A stretch of DNA of 64,000 bases from Nitrospira sp. (GTDB lineage Bacteria > Nitrospirota > Nitrospiria > Nitrospirales > Nitrospiraceae): the NCBI GenBank assembly GCA_047150005.1, contig AP038806.1:1664001-1728000 (forward strand), read 5' to 3'. The first letter of the stretch is position 1; every line of letters starts with the position of its first letter. The translations under genes and the position numbers were made by a program. Under the pieces are notes generated by a model. It ran no database searches. It had not been told where the DNA came from and saw nothing but the letters and a program-made list of their open reading frames with translations. Positions 28,884-37,712 of this stretch are shown piece by piece.

Positions 28884-30239
28884 ATGGATGCTCATTCTCA
28901 TGTGCTCGTTGTGGACGACGACGAAGACACCAGAGGGCTGCTGCGCGAGATCCTTGCAAAAGAGGGCTACGACGTGGAAACCGCGTCGGACGGCAAGACG
29001 GCCCTGGAGCGAATCACGGATCGCCCGCCGGATCTCGTGATGTCGGACATCCACATGCCCAGTCTGGACGGCATGAGTTTGCTGGACGAGTTACGGAACC
29101 GGCACCAGGACGTGCCGGTCATTCTGATGACCGCATACGGCTCTCTGAAGACCGCCGTGGATGGGCTTCGGTCCGGCGCATTCGACTATCTCAGCAAGCC
29201 ATTTATCGTCGACGATATCCGATTGGTGGTTCGGCGCGCGTTGGAGCACAAGCATCTGTCACGCCAGAACGAGGCGCTTAAGGAGCAGCTGCGGGATCGC
29301 TACCGGTTCGACAACTTGATCGGCAGCAGCGCCGGGATCGTCTCGGTCTACAAGTCCATCGCCCGCGTGGCCCATACCGACAGTACCGTACTGCTCCAAG
29401 GGGAAAGCGGCACAGGCAAGGAATTGATCGCGCGGGCTGTCCATGCGAACAGCGCCAGGAGCGCCGGTCCGTTCGTCGCCGTCGACGGCGGGTCGTTGGC
29501 CGAAAGCCTGCTCGAATCCGAATTGTTCGGGCACGAGCGCGGGTCCTTCACCGGCGCGGTCGCTTCCAAGAAAGGGTTGCTGGAGAAGGCGCATCTGGGG
29601 ACCTGCTTTCTGGACGAAGTCGCCGACCTGTCTCCGGTCCTGCAGGGGAAGCTGTTGCGGGTGATCCAGGAACGGGAGATCCGGCGAGTCGGCAGCAACG
29701 CGCCGATGAACATCGACGTCCGCATCATCGCCGCGTCCAAGAAAGACCTCGATCAGTTGGTCAAGGTCGGCACGTTTCGGGAGGATCTGTATTACCGGCT
29801 CAACGTGGTCACGATTCAGATTCCACCGCTCCGCGAACGTGTGGAAGACATCCCGTTGCTGACTCAGTATTTCATTCAGATGTACGGTCAGAAGAAGTCC
29901 CCGCCGGTCACCGGCATCGCGCCGGAGGCCATGTTACTCTTGACCCGCTATTGGTGGCCGGGCAACATCCGGGAATTGGAGCACGCGGTCGAACGGGCTA
30001 TCGCCCTGACTCCGCAGTCCGTCATCTTCCCCGAGGATTTGCCGCAGACGATTCAGACCGCCACCGTGCAGGCGGCGGCGCAAGCGCGCGGTTGGGTGAC
30101 GCTGGCCGAGCTGGAGAAAGATCATATTCTCCGCGTGCTGGAGGCCCATAACCAGGACCTCGGCCGCGCCGCCGCCATTCTCGGTATCCACCGCAAGACG
30201 CTGCTCAGAAAATTACGCTATTTCGGCTATCCCTGCTGA
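28884..30239 (+). CDS. NtrC-family sigma54 response regulator
   Basis: REC VLVVDDD; GESGTGKE; GSFTGA; WPGNIREL; HTH LGIHRKTLLRKL. Confidence 0.92.
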   Translation: MDAHSHVLVVDDDEDTRGLLREILAKEGYDVETASDGKTALERITDRPPDLVMSDIHMPSLDGMSLLDELRNRHQDVPVILMTAYGSLKTAVDGLRSGAFDYLSKPFIVDDIRLVVRRALEHKHLSRQNEALKEQLRDRYRFDNLIGSSAGIVSVYKSIARVAHTDSTVLLQGESGTGKELIARAVHANSARSAGPFVAVDGGSLAESLLESELFGHERGSFTGAVASKKGLLEKAHLGTCFLDEVADLSPVLQGKLLRVIQEREIRRVGSNAPMNIDVRIIAASKKDLDQLVKVGTFREDLYYRLNVVTIQIPPLRERVEDIPLLTQYFIQMYGQKKSPPVTGIAPEAMLLLTRYWWPGNIRELEHAVERAIALTPQSVIFPEDLPQTIQTATVQAAAQARGWVTLAELEKDHILRVLEAHNQDLGRAAAILGIHRKTLLRKLRYFGYPC

Positions 30240-30240
30240 G

Positions 30241-30330
30241 GACAGATTGTCGTGCGGGGGACAGACCGTCCTCCCTGCAACAACGAATCGGAATGATTTT
30301 CCATCCGAATCCCAAGGCCCGATCCTTGCT
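30241..30330 (+). promoter_or_regulatory. paired GACA-N3-TGTC boxes and sigma54 promoter
   Basis: GACAGATTGTC (30241), GACAGACCGTC (30260); AGGCCCGATCCTTGCT (30315-30330). Confidence 0.7.
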
Positions 30331-30388
30331 CATTAACGATCCATGATGGGGTCGTAATCATTCATTCACTGTCGTTCATGCAGGAGGT

Positions 30389-30838
30389 GTGAAGGTGGAA
30401 GGGTATGGAAAACGAATCCTTGTCGTGGAGGACGATGCCGATGTGCGATTCATCCTCTCCGCAGTGCTGGAGGCGGCGGGGTTCAATGTGTATGAAGCGG
30501 GCGACGGGCTCGAGGCGGTCGAGTCGTTGAAGCGCCGGCGGTACGACGTCCTGCTGACGGACTACCGCATGCCCAGGATGGACGGGTTGGAACTGCTGGA
30601 CGTCGCTCGGGCGATGTGGCCGGATCTCCCCGTGATCGTGGTGACGGGCGACAGCGTATCGTTCAAGCAGCATGATCGTCTCAGTGCGGAAGCGTTCGCC
30701 CTGGTGGAGAAGCCCTTCGACCGCGATCATTTACTGAGCGTGGTCGCGGCTGCCGCATCCGAAGGAGCAGAGCACCCCGTTGTTCAACAGGATCGACCTC
30801 GTCCGGACGCCGCTCCGGCCTGGATGGCGGGGTACTGA
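30389..30838 (+). CDS. single-domain response regulator
   Basis: ILVVEDD, LTDYRMPRMDG, VTG, EKPF; AGGAGG RBS. Confidence 0.88.
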   Translation: MKVEGYGKRILVVEDDADVRFILSAVLEAAGFNVYEAGDGLEAVESLKRRRYDVLLTDYRMPRMDGLELLDVARAMWPDLPVIVVTGDSVSFKQHDRLSAEAFALVEKPFDRDHLLSVVAAAASEGAEHPVVQQDRPRPDAAPAWMAGY

Positions 30839-31125
30839 TGGCACCGAAGATGGACGTCGCGCGCTCCGTCTCCCGGAGGCCTACAGAACGTCCACGTATC
30901 AAGTGGCTCGAAATCGCCTGCGGATGGGCGCTCGCCGTCCTACTGCAACTGGTGCTGCTGTTTTTAGGATTCCGCCTCGGCGTCGGCGCCATCGACTTGC
31001 GGGCCGCGGGCGAGGAATTGCAGCAGCAGATCGTAGCGGTGCTCGTTGCGGATCGGCCGGACCAGCGTGCCTTCGGGCAGGCGGCTGGGATCAACGGAGT
31101 CCAGGACCGAGTTGCGGAACCATGA
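30838..31125 (+). CDS. hypothetical single-TM protein
   Basis: ATG overlaps the upstream stop (TGATG); one hydrophobic helix. Confidence 0.5.
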   Translation: MAPKMDVARSVSRRPTERPRIKWLEIACGWALAVLLQLVLLFLGFRLGVGAIDLRAAGEELQQQIVAVLVADRPDQRAFGQAAGINGVQDRVAEP

Positions 31126-31498
31126 CACGCCCGCGCCGGCGCGGCGAGCGTCCTGCCTGATCCGGTGAGCGGGAAGAGCCGCCAGAGCACCTCGATCGGG
31201 AGCCAGGTGCTCGATCATGCGGGGCAGGTGGTGTTTTGGCTGGGTTTGGAGCACGCTCACGTGGCTGGTGTCGCTATTCAACAATGTGCCTCGATCCCCA
31301 TCCTCTGAATAGAAACGACTTGCGGAGTCGAGACTCGCTCGTCGCGAGCCGGCCGCCTGAGTGCGAGGCGACGTGCCGCGCAACCTGCAATCTGTGTTTC
31401 CCATTAGCCGAAGGCCGTCCGCTCCTCACGTGTCCGCAGATGGTAGAGGGTTGAACCGGCATTCCACCTCGCCCCGCAGCAAGACCGGGCTTCAGCGA

Positions 31499-31617
31499 GA
31501 CAGACTGTCGATCGCAGGACAGGATGTCGGCTTTCGGTCCGCTCACTAATGCACCGGCCCGGGTTTTCTTTTGTCACGTTCACTTCTCGAGCACCGCGGC
31601 CGGGTCTGTTCTTTGCA
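31499..31617 (+). promoter_or_regulatory. paired GACA-N3-TGTC boxes and weak sigma54 promoter
   Basis: GACAGACTGTC (31499), GACAGGATGTC (31518); GG-TCTGTTCTTT-GC at 31603-31616. Confidence 0.6.
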
Positions 31618-31777
31618 GATTTCAGATATCGAGGTCGGGCACGGGCCATCGGCGTCATCACCATGACGAAGTCATGCCGCCGATCGGAAACACCGACGGA
31701 AGGTGCTGAGCGTCCGCGCCGTCGCCGGCCGCTTCCGTGGTTGCCCGATCAATTGGCCATGGAAGGAGTTGAAGGTC

Positions 31778-32380
31778 ATGATTCGTGCCGTATTTTTGGA
31801 TCAAGGCGGGGTGCTCGAAAGTGAATGTGTCGGCGCCCGGCCGAGCCGTCTGATGTCTGATGTGTTCGAAGGGCTCCGTTTGCTGCAGCACGCCGGGTAT
31901 ACCGTCATCGTCGTCACGCACCAGATCGGCGTGGCAAAGGGAGTCCTGGGCGAATCGGATGTGCATCGAATAAAGGAGCACCTGGAAGCCCGCTTGATCG
32001 AAGAAGACGTGCCCTTGGGAGGGTTCTATTATTGCCCGCACCATCCGGACGGCCAAGTCCGGCGGTATGCCGTCCATTGCCTGTGCCGCAGGCCTCAGCC
32101 GGGGCTTTTGATTCGCGCGGCCTCTGAATTGGCTGTCGACATGGCTCAGTCGTGGATGGTAGGAGCGACACTCGACGACATGGAGACCGGCCGGTGGGTC
32201 GGGTGCCGAACGGTTTTATTAACGAATGGTCATGAGACCGAGTGGAACCTCACCGAACCGCGCTGGCCCGACTACATCGCCGGAACCCTTTTAGAAGCCT
32301 CCCAGTTGATCGCGCTGTCGAGTCCCCGTGGGGTGATCCAGATCCCGATCGATCGAATAAGCCGTCCACCACTTTTGTAA
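31778..32380 (+). CDS. GmhB/histidinol-phosphatase-like HAD IIIA protein with degenerate active site
   Basis: RAVFLDQGGVL, VTHQIGVAKG, YYCPHHPDG, CLCRRPQPG, SWMVGA. Confidence 0.75.
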   Translation: MIRAVFLDQGGVLESECVGARPSRLMSDVFEGLRLLQHAGYTVIVVTHQIGVAKGVLGESDVHRIKEHLEARLIEEDVPLGGFYYCPHHPDGQVRRYAVHCLCRRPQPGLLIRAASELAVDMAQSWMVGATLDDMETGRWVGCRTVLLTNGHETEWNLTEPRWPDYIAGTLLEASQLIALSSPRGVIQIPIDRISRPPLL

Positions 32381-32464
32381 CAGCCGCGGGAATCGGCCGG
32401 CCGACCCGGGCGACAGAAGGAACGGAACACCACGCATCAGAATAATCGAACGCTCACACAGCCC

Positions 32465-32812
32465 ATGCAACAGTGTATTGAGGCTTATTTGGCCTGCGCC
32501 AGGATCTGCGACCGCTGCGCCGACGACATGATCGGCATGATCGGAACGAGTGGCGGACACGACCAACGTCTGCAGCAGCTCTGTATCAGGTTGTGTCAGG
32601 ATTGCGCGGATGTATGTACGCTTTCGGCCCGGTGGATGAGCGGGCTCTCGCCGTCCGCCGAATCCCTGTGCCGCGCGTGTGCCGAGATCTGTGATCGCTG
32701 CGCCGAAATCTGCGTGCAGCACGCCCCACATCACCCGTTGTGCCGGACCTGTGCCGAGGAATGTCGACGTTGCGCGGGAGCCTGCCGCGAGATGACGGGT
32801 GCGGCGGCATGA
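32465..32812 (+). CDS. Cys-rich four-helix-bundle copper-binding protein (DUF326/Csp3-like)
   Basis: Repeated CxxxCxxC motifs: CIRLCQDCADVC, CRACAEICDRCAEIC, CRTCAEECRRCAGAC. Confidence 0.85.
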   Translation: MQQCIEAYLACARICDRCADDMIGMIGTSGGHDQRLQQLCIRLCQDCADVCTLSARWMSGLSPSAESLCRACAEICDRCAEICVQHAPHHPLCRTCAEECRRCAGACREMTGAAA

Positions 32813-32823
32813 CCGGTCCGGTC

Positions 32824-32839
32824 ATAGGGAATCTCCCAG
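32824..32839. promoter_or_regulatory. 16-bp palindromic box
   Basis: ATAGGGAATCTCCCAG. Confidence 0.55.
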
Positions 32840-33098
32840 TAGGCGGCTCCATGCGGTATGGCCATTCTACAAAGAGAGACCTCCGAGACCTCATCCCGAC
32901 CGGGCGCGGGGGCGGAACACGTCGAACGAGGGACATGTGAACCGGCATCGATCAAGAAGAGGTTGCTGCGTCGCCGCCGCAGCCTAATCCTCCGCCTCAG
33001 CCGTCGCGTCCGCAGCCGTAACACATCTGAACGCGAATCGGAGGAATACCGGTTCCGGACATTCACAACTCAGGAGATCCTAGGAAGGAGGTTCCGCC

Positions 33099-33500
33099 AT
33101 GACTCGCGTTACCTCGGCTTGGGTCGTTGTGACGCTTATAGTGGCGATGGGTGTCCCATCCCTGTCGCAAGCGACTGGGGACCTCGCCGAGCCCGCCGAC
33201 GCTGAGCTGCACCTGGTCGCGGGAACCCTGTCCAAACTCGATCTTTCGAACGGCAAGGGCTTGCTGACGACCGATCTTGGGCGTCCGATCTATTTCGATG
33301 TGTCGAAGGTCTACTTGTTCGAAAACGTGACCGTCGGAGCCAGAATTGCCATGCGTCTGGACCGATACGGTCATGCGGTTCGAGTGATGGACGCGTCCAT
33401 TCCTGATGTCGTGCCGCAGAGGAGTCCGACTGCGGAGCAGCTGCCGGCCGAGCCGTTCTCGGCGGACGGGACAGAGGAAAAGGGGACGGAAGGTCCGTAA
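33099..33500 (+). CDS. secreted OB-fold-like protein (paralog of 24604-24987)
   Basis: Signal peptide; AGTLSKLD...GKGLLTTDL...GARIAMRLD..GHAVRV; AAGGAGG RBS. Confidence 0.75.
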   Translation: MTRVTSAWVVVTLIVAMGVPSLSQATGDLAEPADAELHLVAGTLSKLDLSNGKGLLTTDLGRPIYFDVSKVYLFENVTVGARIAMRLDRYGHAVRVMDASIPDVVPQRSPTAEQLPAEPFSADGTEEKGTEGP

Positions 33501-33531
33501 CGGATCACTCTTCGTCCCTTGCTCGAGACGA

Positions 33532-33687
33532 AGCAGTCTGTCCGGCTTGGAACATGTTGTCCGACTGTCTTCAGAACGGTCACACGCCTCGCCCACAGCG
33601 GCAGAGGCAATTGCGCGAAGTCTACAGGGAGATCACAGGCTGCAGGCATTGCTGTCGGACGGCCTCTGGAGCGGTCCGTCTCTTGCA
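33532..33687 (+). promoter_or_regulatory. paired degenerate GACA-N3-TGTC boxes and sigma54 promoter with no clear downstream CDS
   Basis: AGCAGTCTGTC (33532), AACATGTTGTC (33551); CGGTCCGTCTCTTGCA (33672-33687). Confidence 0.55.
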
Positions 33688-34006
33688 CGAACTCTTGCAC
33701 CCATTGAATGACAGCCGACGAAGAACGAAGAGATGGATAACCGTATGCGGGACGAAGGGGGACCGTCCCCTTGCCGTCCGACGCGACGATCATCGCATCG
33801 CTGACCGGCCTTCTGGGCGGCACGGCTATCTGGGAGAATCGGGAGCTCTGTTGAAGACCGTTGTCTTTCGTTGCCACGCGGCCGAGGGAAAGGAACGCAT
33901 TCGTACGCGCCCCCGTTCGAACCGTTCTGTCACGGAACCGAGAGTTGCCCACTGTTCGGTTCATGACACTCCCGCACTAAGGGCCGAACTCGACGAGAGA
34001 CGACGC

Positions 34007-34042
34007 AAGGCAGAGGAGATCTCCTCCTCTGCCTTCTTTGTT
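34007..34042 (+). terminator. Rho-independent terminator-like hairpin
   Basis: Perfect 12-bp stem AAGGCAGAGGAG-atctc-CTCCTCTGCCTT followed by CTTTGTT. Confidence 0.7.
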
Positions 34043-34069
34043 CGCTGCTCCGGCGTCCACCTCACTCCA

Positions 34070-34213
34070 GACGGATTGTCCTTTCCGAGACAACTTGATC
34101 CCATGACTCGGCCGCGGGGCGGCAACGAGCCGGCTCGAAAGGGCTGAAAAGCGACCGAACGCCTCCGGCAATCGTGTGGCGCCCGGCACGAATCTCGCGG
34201 CTCCGGACTTGCA
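34070..34213 (+). promoter_or_regulatory. paired GACA-N3-TGTC boxes and sigma54 promoter(s) upstream of the dksA-like gene
   Basis: GACGGATTGTC (34070), GACAACTTGAT (34089); GG-CACGAATCTC-GC (34185-34198) and GG-CTCCGGACTT-GC (34199-34212). Confidence 0.65.
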
Positions 34214-34277
34214 CAAGCTAATCAAGCAATTGAAACGTGCTCTATTTTCATCCCCTCTGTTCATCCAAGGAGTTGCC

Positions 34278-34691
34278 ATGCACAAGACGATGACGGAAAC
34301 CGAACGGCGGCCAGACGTGCTGCGGGCTCTGCTCCTCGAGCGGCGCGCGACACTGCAGAAAGAGATCGATCGGTTGATCGCCCAACATCGGGATCAGCAC
34401 GGGCATTTTCAAGACAGTTCGGTGCTGGATCTCGAAGATATGTCATTGCGCGACGCGACGGCGGCGCAGCAAATTGCCCTGCTGGAAGCCAGGACGCGCC
34501 AGCGTGTGCAGCTGGATGAAGCCTTGCAGCGCTTGGATGAAGGCACCTATGGCATCTGCCAGGACTGCGAGGTACCGATTGCCGCCGGCCGTCTGCAGGC
34601 ATTGCCCTTCGCGCGGCGATGCGTCTCATGTCAGGAGCAGTTCGAAGTATTCGAGCGCATCGTACACCGTGAGGACCGCGACGAATCCTAG
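34278..34691 (+). CDS. TraR/DksA C4 zinc-finger protein
   Basis: EALQRLDEGTYGICQDCEVPI...RLQALPFARRCVSC; AAGGAG RBS. Confidence 0.9.
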   Translation: MHKTMTETERRPDVLRALLLERRATLQKEIDRLIAQHRDQHGHFQDSSVLDLEDMSLRDATAAQQIALLEARTRQRVQLDEALQRLDEGTYGICQDCEVPIAAGRLQALPFARRCVSCQEQFEVFERIVHREDRDES

Positions 34692-34735
34692 CAGTGTGTT
34701 GACAAACCCTGTGATGACCTCCGACAGCCTGCTAG
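34688..34735. repeat. 48-bp CTAG-bounded inverted-repeat element (MITE/IS-end relic)
   Basis: CTAGCAGTGTGTTG ... CGACAGCCTGCTAG imperfect terminal inverted repeats. Confidence 0.45.
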
Positions 34736-34879
34736 CGCTGGAGACGGTCTGCGGAGCGGAACCACGAAGGCACGCATCAATCGATCGCGAGCGTATCAAG
34801 CGTATCAATAGGAGGATCTATGCGTGAACATACGGACAGAACGGCCGCCCTCGCTCTTCCCCGCTCCTCACGCACGGCA

Positions 34880-35020
34880 CGTTTCAGTATGCGATGAGGC
34901 GGTGCTGCAGAGCGGGCGCGCTCGAGGCCTGCGTCCATACTGAGGGCTCCCGCGCCATAGCAGGCGACATAGAGGAGTCCTCCCATGATCGACAGGTTTT
35001 CAGAAAATGAATGGCTTAAA
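34880..35020 (-). pseudogene. C-terminal remnant of a DoxX-family membrane protein
   Basis: HSFSENLSIMGGLLYVACYGAGALSMD matches the DoxX C-terminal motif; no recognisable N-terminal part; boundaries approximate. Confidence 0.6.
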
Positions 35021-35285
35021 GTGTCCGGGTATTGCGACGGGCCGCGCGCCCGAGCGACAACAGTACCAATCCCAGCCCGCCGCCGCCTTCGAGACCGTCG
35101 TTCCAACGTTGCCGGCTCCAGCCGTCCGCCGTCCCGTCCCGGCACCATCGCGGCCAGTTCGATCGACCGTCTGACGGTGTGAGAGGGAAACGTGTCCGCA
35201 TTCCAAGGAATCGATTCACCGAGGGCAAAGGCGTTCGCCCGCCTCCCCGATGGCCTGAACGCGGACACGAGTACAGAGAAGAGTG

Positions 35286-36092
35286 TCACGGTGTGTCCAA
35301 CTCCTGAGTCAGTACCTCGGTCATGTGGCGTGTCTCGGCCCACGTCAAGCTGCCGCGTGGAGGGTGTCGTGCGTCTTCGTACTCTCCCCGGTCCATGTCA
35401 ACCAGATATTGGGACCAGGAAAGCAGCGTGCCTTGGCACACGCGTGGATCGGCCGGCAGGCTCTGCATGTCGAGCCTGACGCGCCGCAGCATCTCCTGCA
35501 TGAACCATTCGGGAACTCGGAGGCGATGCGCGGGATAGATGTATCCGAACAACAGGACATGGCTGAACAGGACACGCCAATGGACGTTGAAACGACGGAG
35601 TAGCCTGGCCCAGTCCATGAGATGGACTCGCGCGCGCAGGAGATGGGCGATGTCTCCGCCGTCGTAGCGGTGGCGTTCCATGACGAAGGCCTTGGACCAC
35701 AGCATCTCTTCCGCCGGTACCACCTTGACCCGGATGCCGAGAATAACCGAGGGCAAGGCGTGCTGGAACCACAGATCGTCAACGACGCAGAGCCCGTTGC
35801 CGGAGTTAAAGATGACGTCGATGCTGTGTTCCTGCTTCCAGGCCTTGCCCAGCCAATGGGTGAACCGCCATTCGGTCTGAAAACCAGTCCGGCTCAGACA
35901 GTCCATGAGCCGGTGGCGGTCGGTTGATCGAACGAAGAGGTCCAGATCCTTGGTCCGCCGGACCAATCCGGTGTGACTTTCCAGTCCAAACGCGCCGCCG
36001 ACGAGGAACGGAACGCCGGAGGCCTGGAGGCTGGCCAGCGCCTCCCGATAGATGTCATGAGCCTGGTTTTCAGGCATCCAGTCCGACTGCAT
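35286..36092 (-). CDS. Pol-beta-superfamily nucleotidyltransferase
   Basis: FLVGGAFGL...RRTKDLDLFV, later IDVIF third Asp; start MQSDW overlaps the upstream phosphoesterase. Confidence 0.82.
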   Translation of the reverse strand: MQSDWMPENQAHDIYREALASLQASGVPFLVGGAFGLESHTGLVRRTKDLDLFVRSTDRHRLMDCLSRTGFQTEWRFTHWLGKAWKQEHSIDVIFNSGNGLCVVDDLWFQHALPSVILGIRVKVVPAEEMLWSKAFVMERHRYDGGDIAHLLRARVHLMDWARLLRRFNVHWRVLFSHVLLFGYIYPAHRLRVPEWFMQEMLRRVRLDMQSLPADPRVCQGTLLSWSQYLVDMDRGEYEDARHPPRGSLTWAETRHMTEVLTQELDTP

Positions 36093-36867
36093 GGGTGTCC
36101 TCTCTGGTTGCCGCGAGGGGCTCAGACGCCGCCGGCAGCGCGAGAATACGGACCGCACGCCGGCCGGGAAAATGTCGGCGCAGCAGCGGGAAGGCGACGT
36201 TGTACACCGGCACCCCGCCGAGGGTTCTGCCTTCCAGGCTTCCCTGGTGCGCATGGCCGTGGAACAGGGCGCTGGCTCCGTACCGGTTGACCGGTTCTTC
36301 CAGCCGGCTGGAACCCAGGAACGGAAAAATCTCGGACGGCTCCCCCTGGACCGTGCCCGCAATCGGCGCGTAATGCATCATCACGACGCGTGACGGAGCC
36401 CGCAGTTTCGCCAAGGCCGATTCTAACTTGAGCGTTTCATCAACGGACTCACGAACGAACTGTTTCAGCATACTTTCCCCCCACGGCTGCAGCGCCCGTT
36501 CCCCGAATCCGCCGCAGAATCCTTTCACGCCGGCGAATCCGATCCCTCGCACCTCGACCGCCGTGCCGTCGAGGATCGTCACGCCATGATCCATGAACAC
36601 ACGCGCCAGCGCCTCCTGCTGCTCGGATTCGAATTCATGGTTTCCCAGGACTGCTAGGACCGGCAACGGCCGCAGCGCGTCCAGATGTTCTTCCCAAAGG
36701 CGCGCCTCCTCCACCCGCCCGAATTCCGTCAGATCGCCGCAGAGGAGCAACACATCGGCGTCTTCCGCGAGCCGGTGGAACAAGTCCCTCAATTCCTCAT
36801 CGGATGTGCGGGGACAATGCAAATCTCCCACGGCCGCGATACGAACGGTGCTGCGCTCGGCGCCCAT
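36070..36867 (-). CDS. calcineurin-like metallophosphoesterase
   Basis: AVGDLH, CGDLT, LGNHE, MHYAP, FHGHAH motifs. Confidence 0.9.
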   Translation of the reverse strand: MGAERSTVRIAAVGDLHCPRTSDEELRDLFHRLAEDADVLLLCGDLTEFGRVEEARLWEEHLDALRPLPVLAVLGNHEFESEQQEALARVFMDHGVTILDGTAVEVRGIGFAGVKGFCGGFGERALQPWGESMLKQFVRESVDETLKLESALAKLRAPSRVVMMHYAPIAGTVQGEPSEIFPFLGSSRLEEPVNRYGASALFHGHAHQGSLEGRTLGGVPVYNVAFPLLRRHFPGRRAVRILALPAASEPLAATREDTHAVGLDA

Positions 36868-36941
36868 GAATTCAAGACCTCGCCGACTTCGCCGTGGAGT
36901 CCGCCCCTCTGCTTCGAGACAAGGCCGAAGGCATCATCAGA

Positions 36942-37277
36942 TCATCCCCGATTGTGTGAGGACTCCCGCGCTTCGCGAAACGCGTCCTTGCCGCTTTGCG
37001 CATACTCTTTCGCGGCCCTGCCGGCATCCTGCGCGGCTTCCTGGCCCTGCTCGTAATATTCTCGACCCCGTTCCACCGCCGTGTCCCATGCGGCCCGGCC
37101 GCGCTCAAAGGCGTCGTCCTTGGCCCGCGAAGCATAGTTTCGCAACATACCTCGCAACTCAGATCCGGTCTGCGGCGCGAACAACAGCGCCACACCAGCC
37201 CCGATCAGCGCGCCTGCAATGAAGGCAGACCAGCCCGTCACATCGTCCTCGTAATACTCGTAATCACTGTTGCGCAT
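36942..37277 (-). CDS. YtxH-domain general stress protein
   Basis: FIAGALIGAGVALLFAPQTGSELR; GAGGAGG RBS. Confidence 0.9.
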   Translation of the reverse strand: MRNSDYEYYEDDVTGWSAFIAGALIGAGVALLFAPQTGSELRGMLRNYASRAKDDAFERGRAAWDTAVERGREYYEQGQEAAQDAGRAAKEYAQSGKDAFREARESSHNRG

Positions 37278-37333
37278 CGCATCCTCCTCTTCTCGCGTGA
37301 TCGTAAAAGTATGACCGAATTTAATGGAAGCCG

Positions 37334-37445
37334 TGCAAAGCTCGGACCGGCAGGCGACGAGGCGATATTTCAGAACATTTGTGGTGAACGGGCGTGAGAA
37401 CGATACCGAATCACGACAGGTTGTCCTCCGTCGAGATAGAATGTC
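37334..37445 (-). promoter_or_regulatory. sigma54 promoter and paired GACA-N3-TGTC boxes for the ytxH-MPE-NTase operon
   Basis: Minus strand CGGTCCGAGCTTTGCA (37334-37349); GACAGGTTGTC (37415), GATAGAATGTC (37435). Confidence 0.65.
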
Positions 37446-37696
37446 CGATATTTCTTTCGCGGAGCCTCCACGTGACGTGAATGTACCGGGCTGGGGAAAA
37501 GGCCTTGACCGGATTCCCCGCTTCCGGGGGAATGACAAACTTCCTTACTTCTGATGCCACATTGACCCACTACCGAGCGCTTGCCGGACAGGGTCGTGAA
37601 CAGGCATGATAGTCGGTCGGCATGGAAATTGGTTTGCGAGACAGGGGTCGCTACCGGGTCGACCGGGATCGATTGTTCGGAGCGGGCTGAATCCGA

Positions 37697-37712
37697 CTGG
37701 GGCTTTCCCTAG
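37697..37712. promoter_or_regulatory. 16-bp palindromic box upstream of GT4
   Basis: CTGGGGCTTTCCCTAG. Confidence 0.65.

Noticed and set aside
33700..34040. CsrB/Rsm-type sRNA identity for the orphan transcript
   Set aside because: About 9 GGA in 340 nt is not clearly above expectation for this GC content, and they are not in regular hairpin loops
34220..34232. Perfect IHF consensus AATCAAGCAATTG
   Set aside because: It lies downstream of the candidate -12 elements rather than between enhancer and promoter; its role is unsupported
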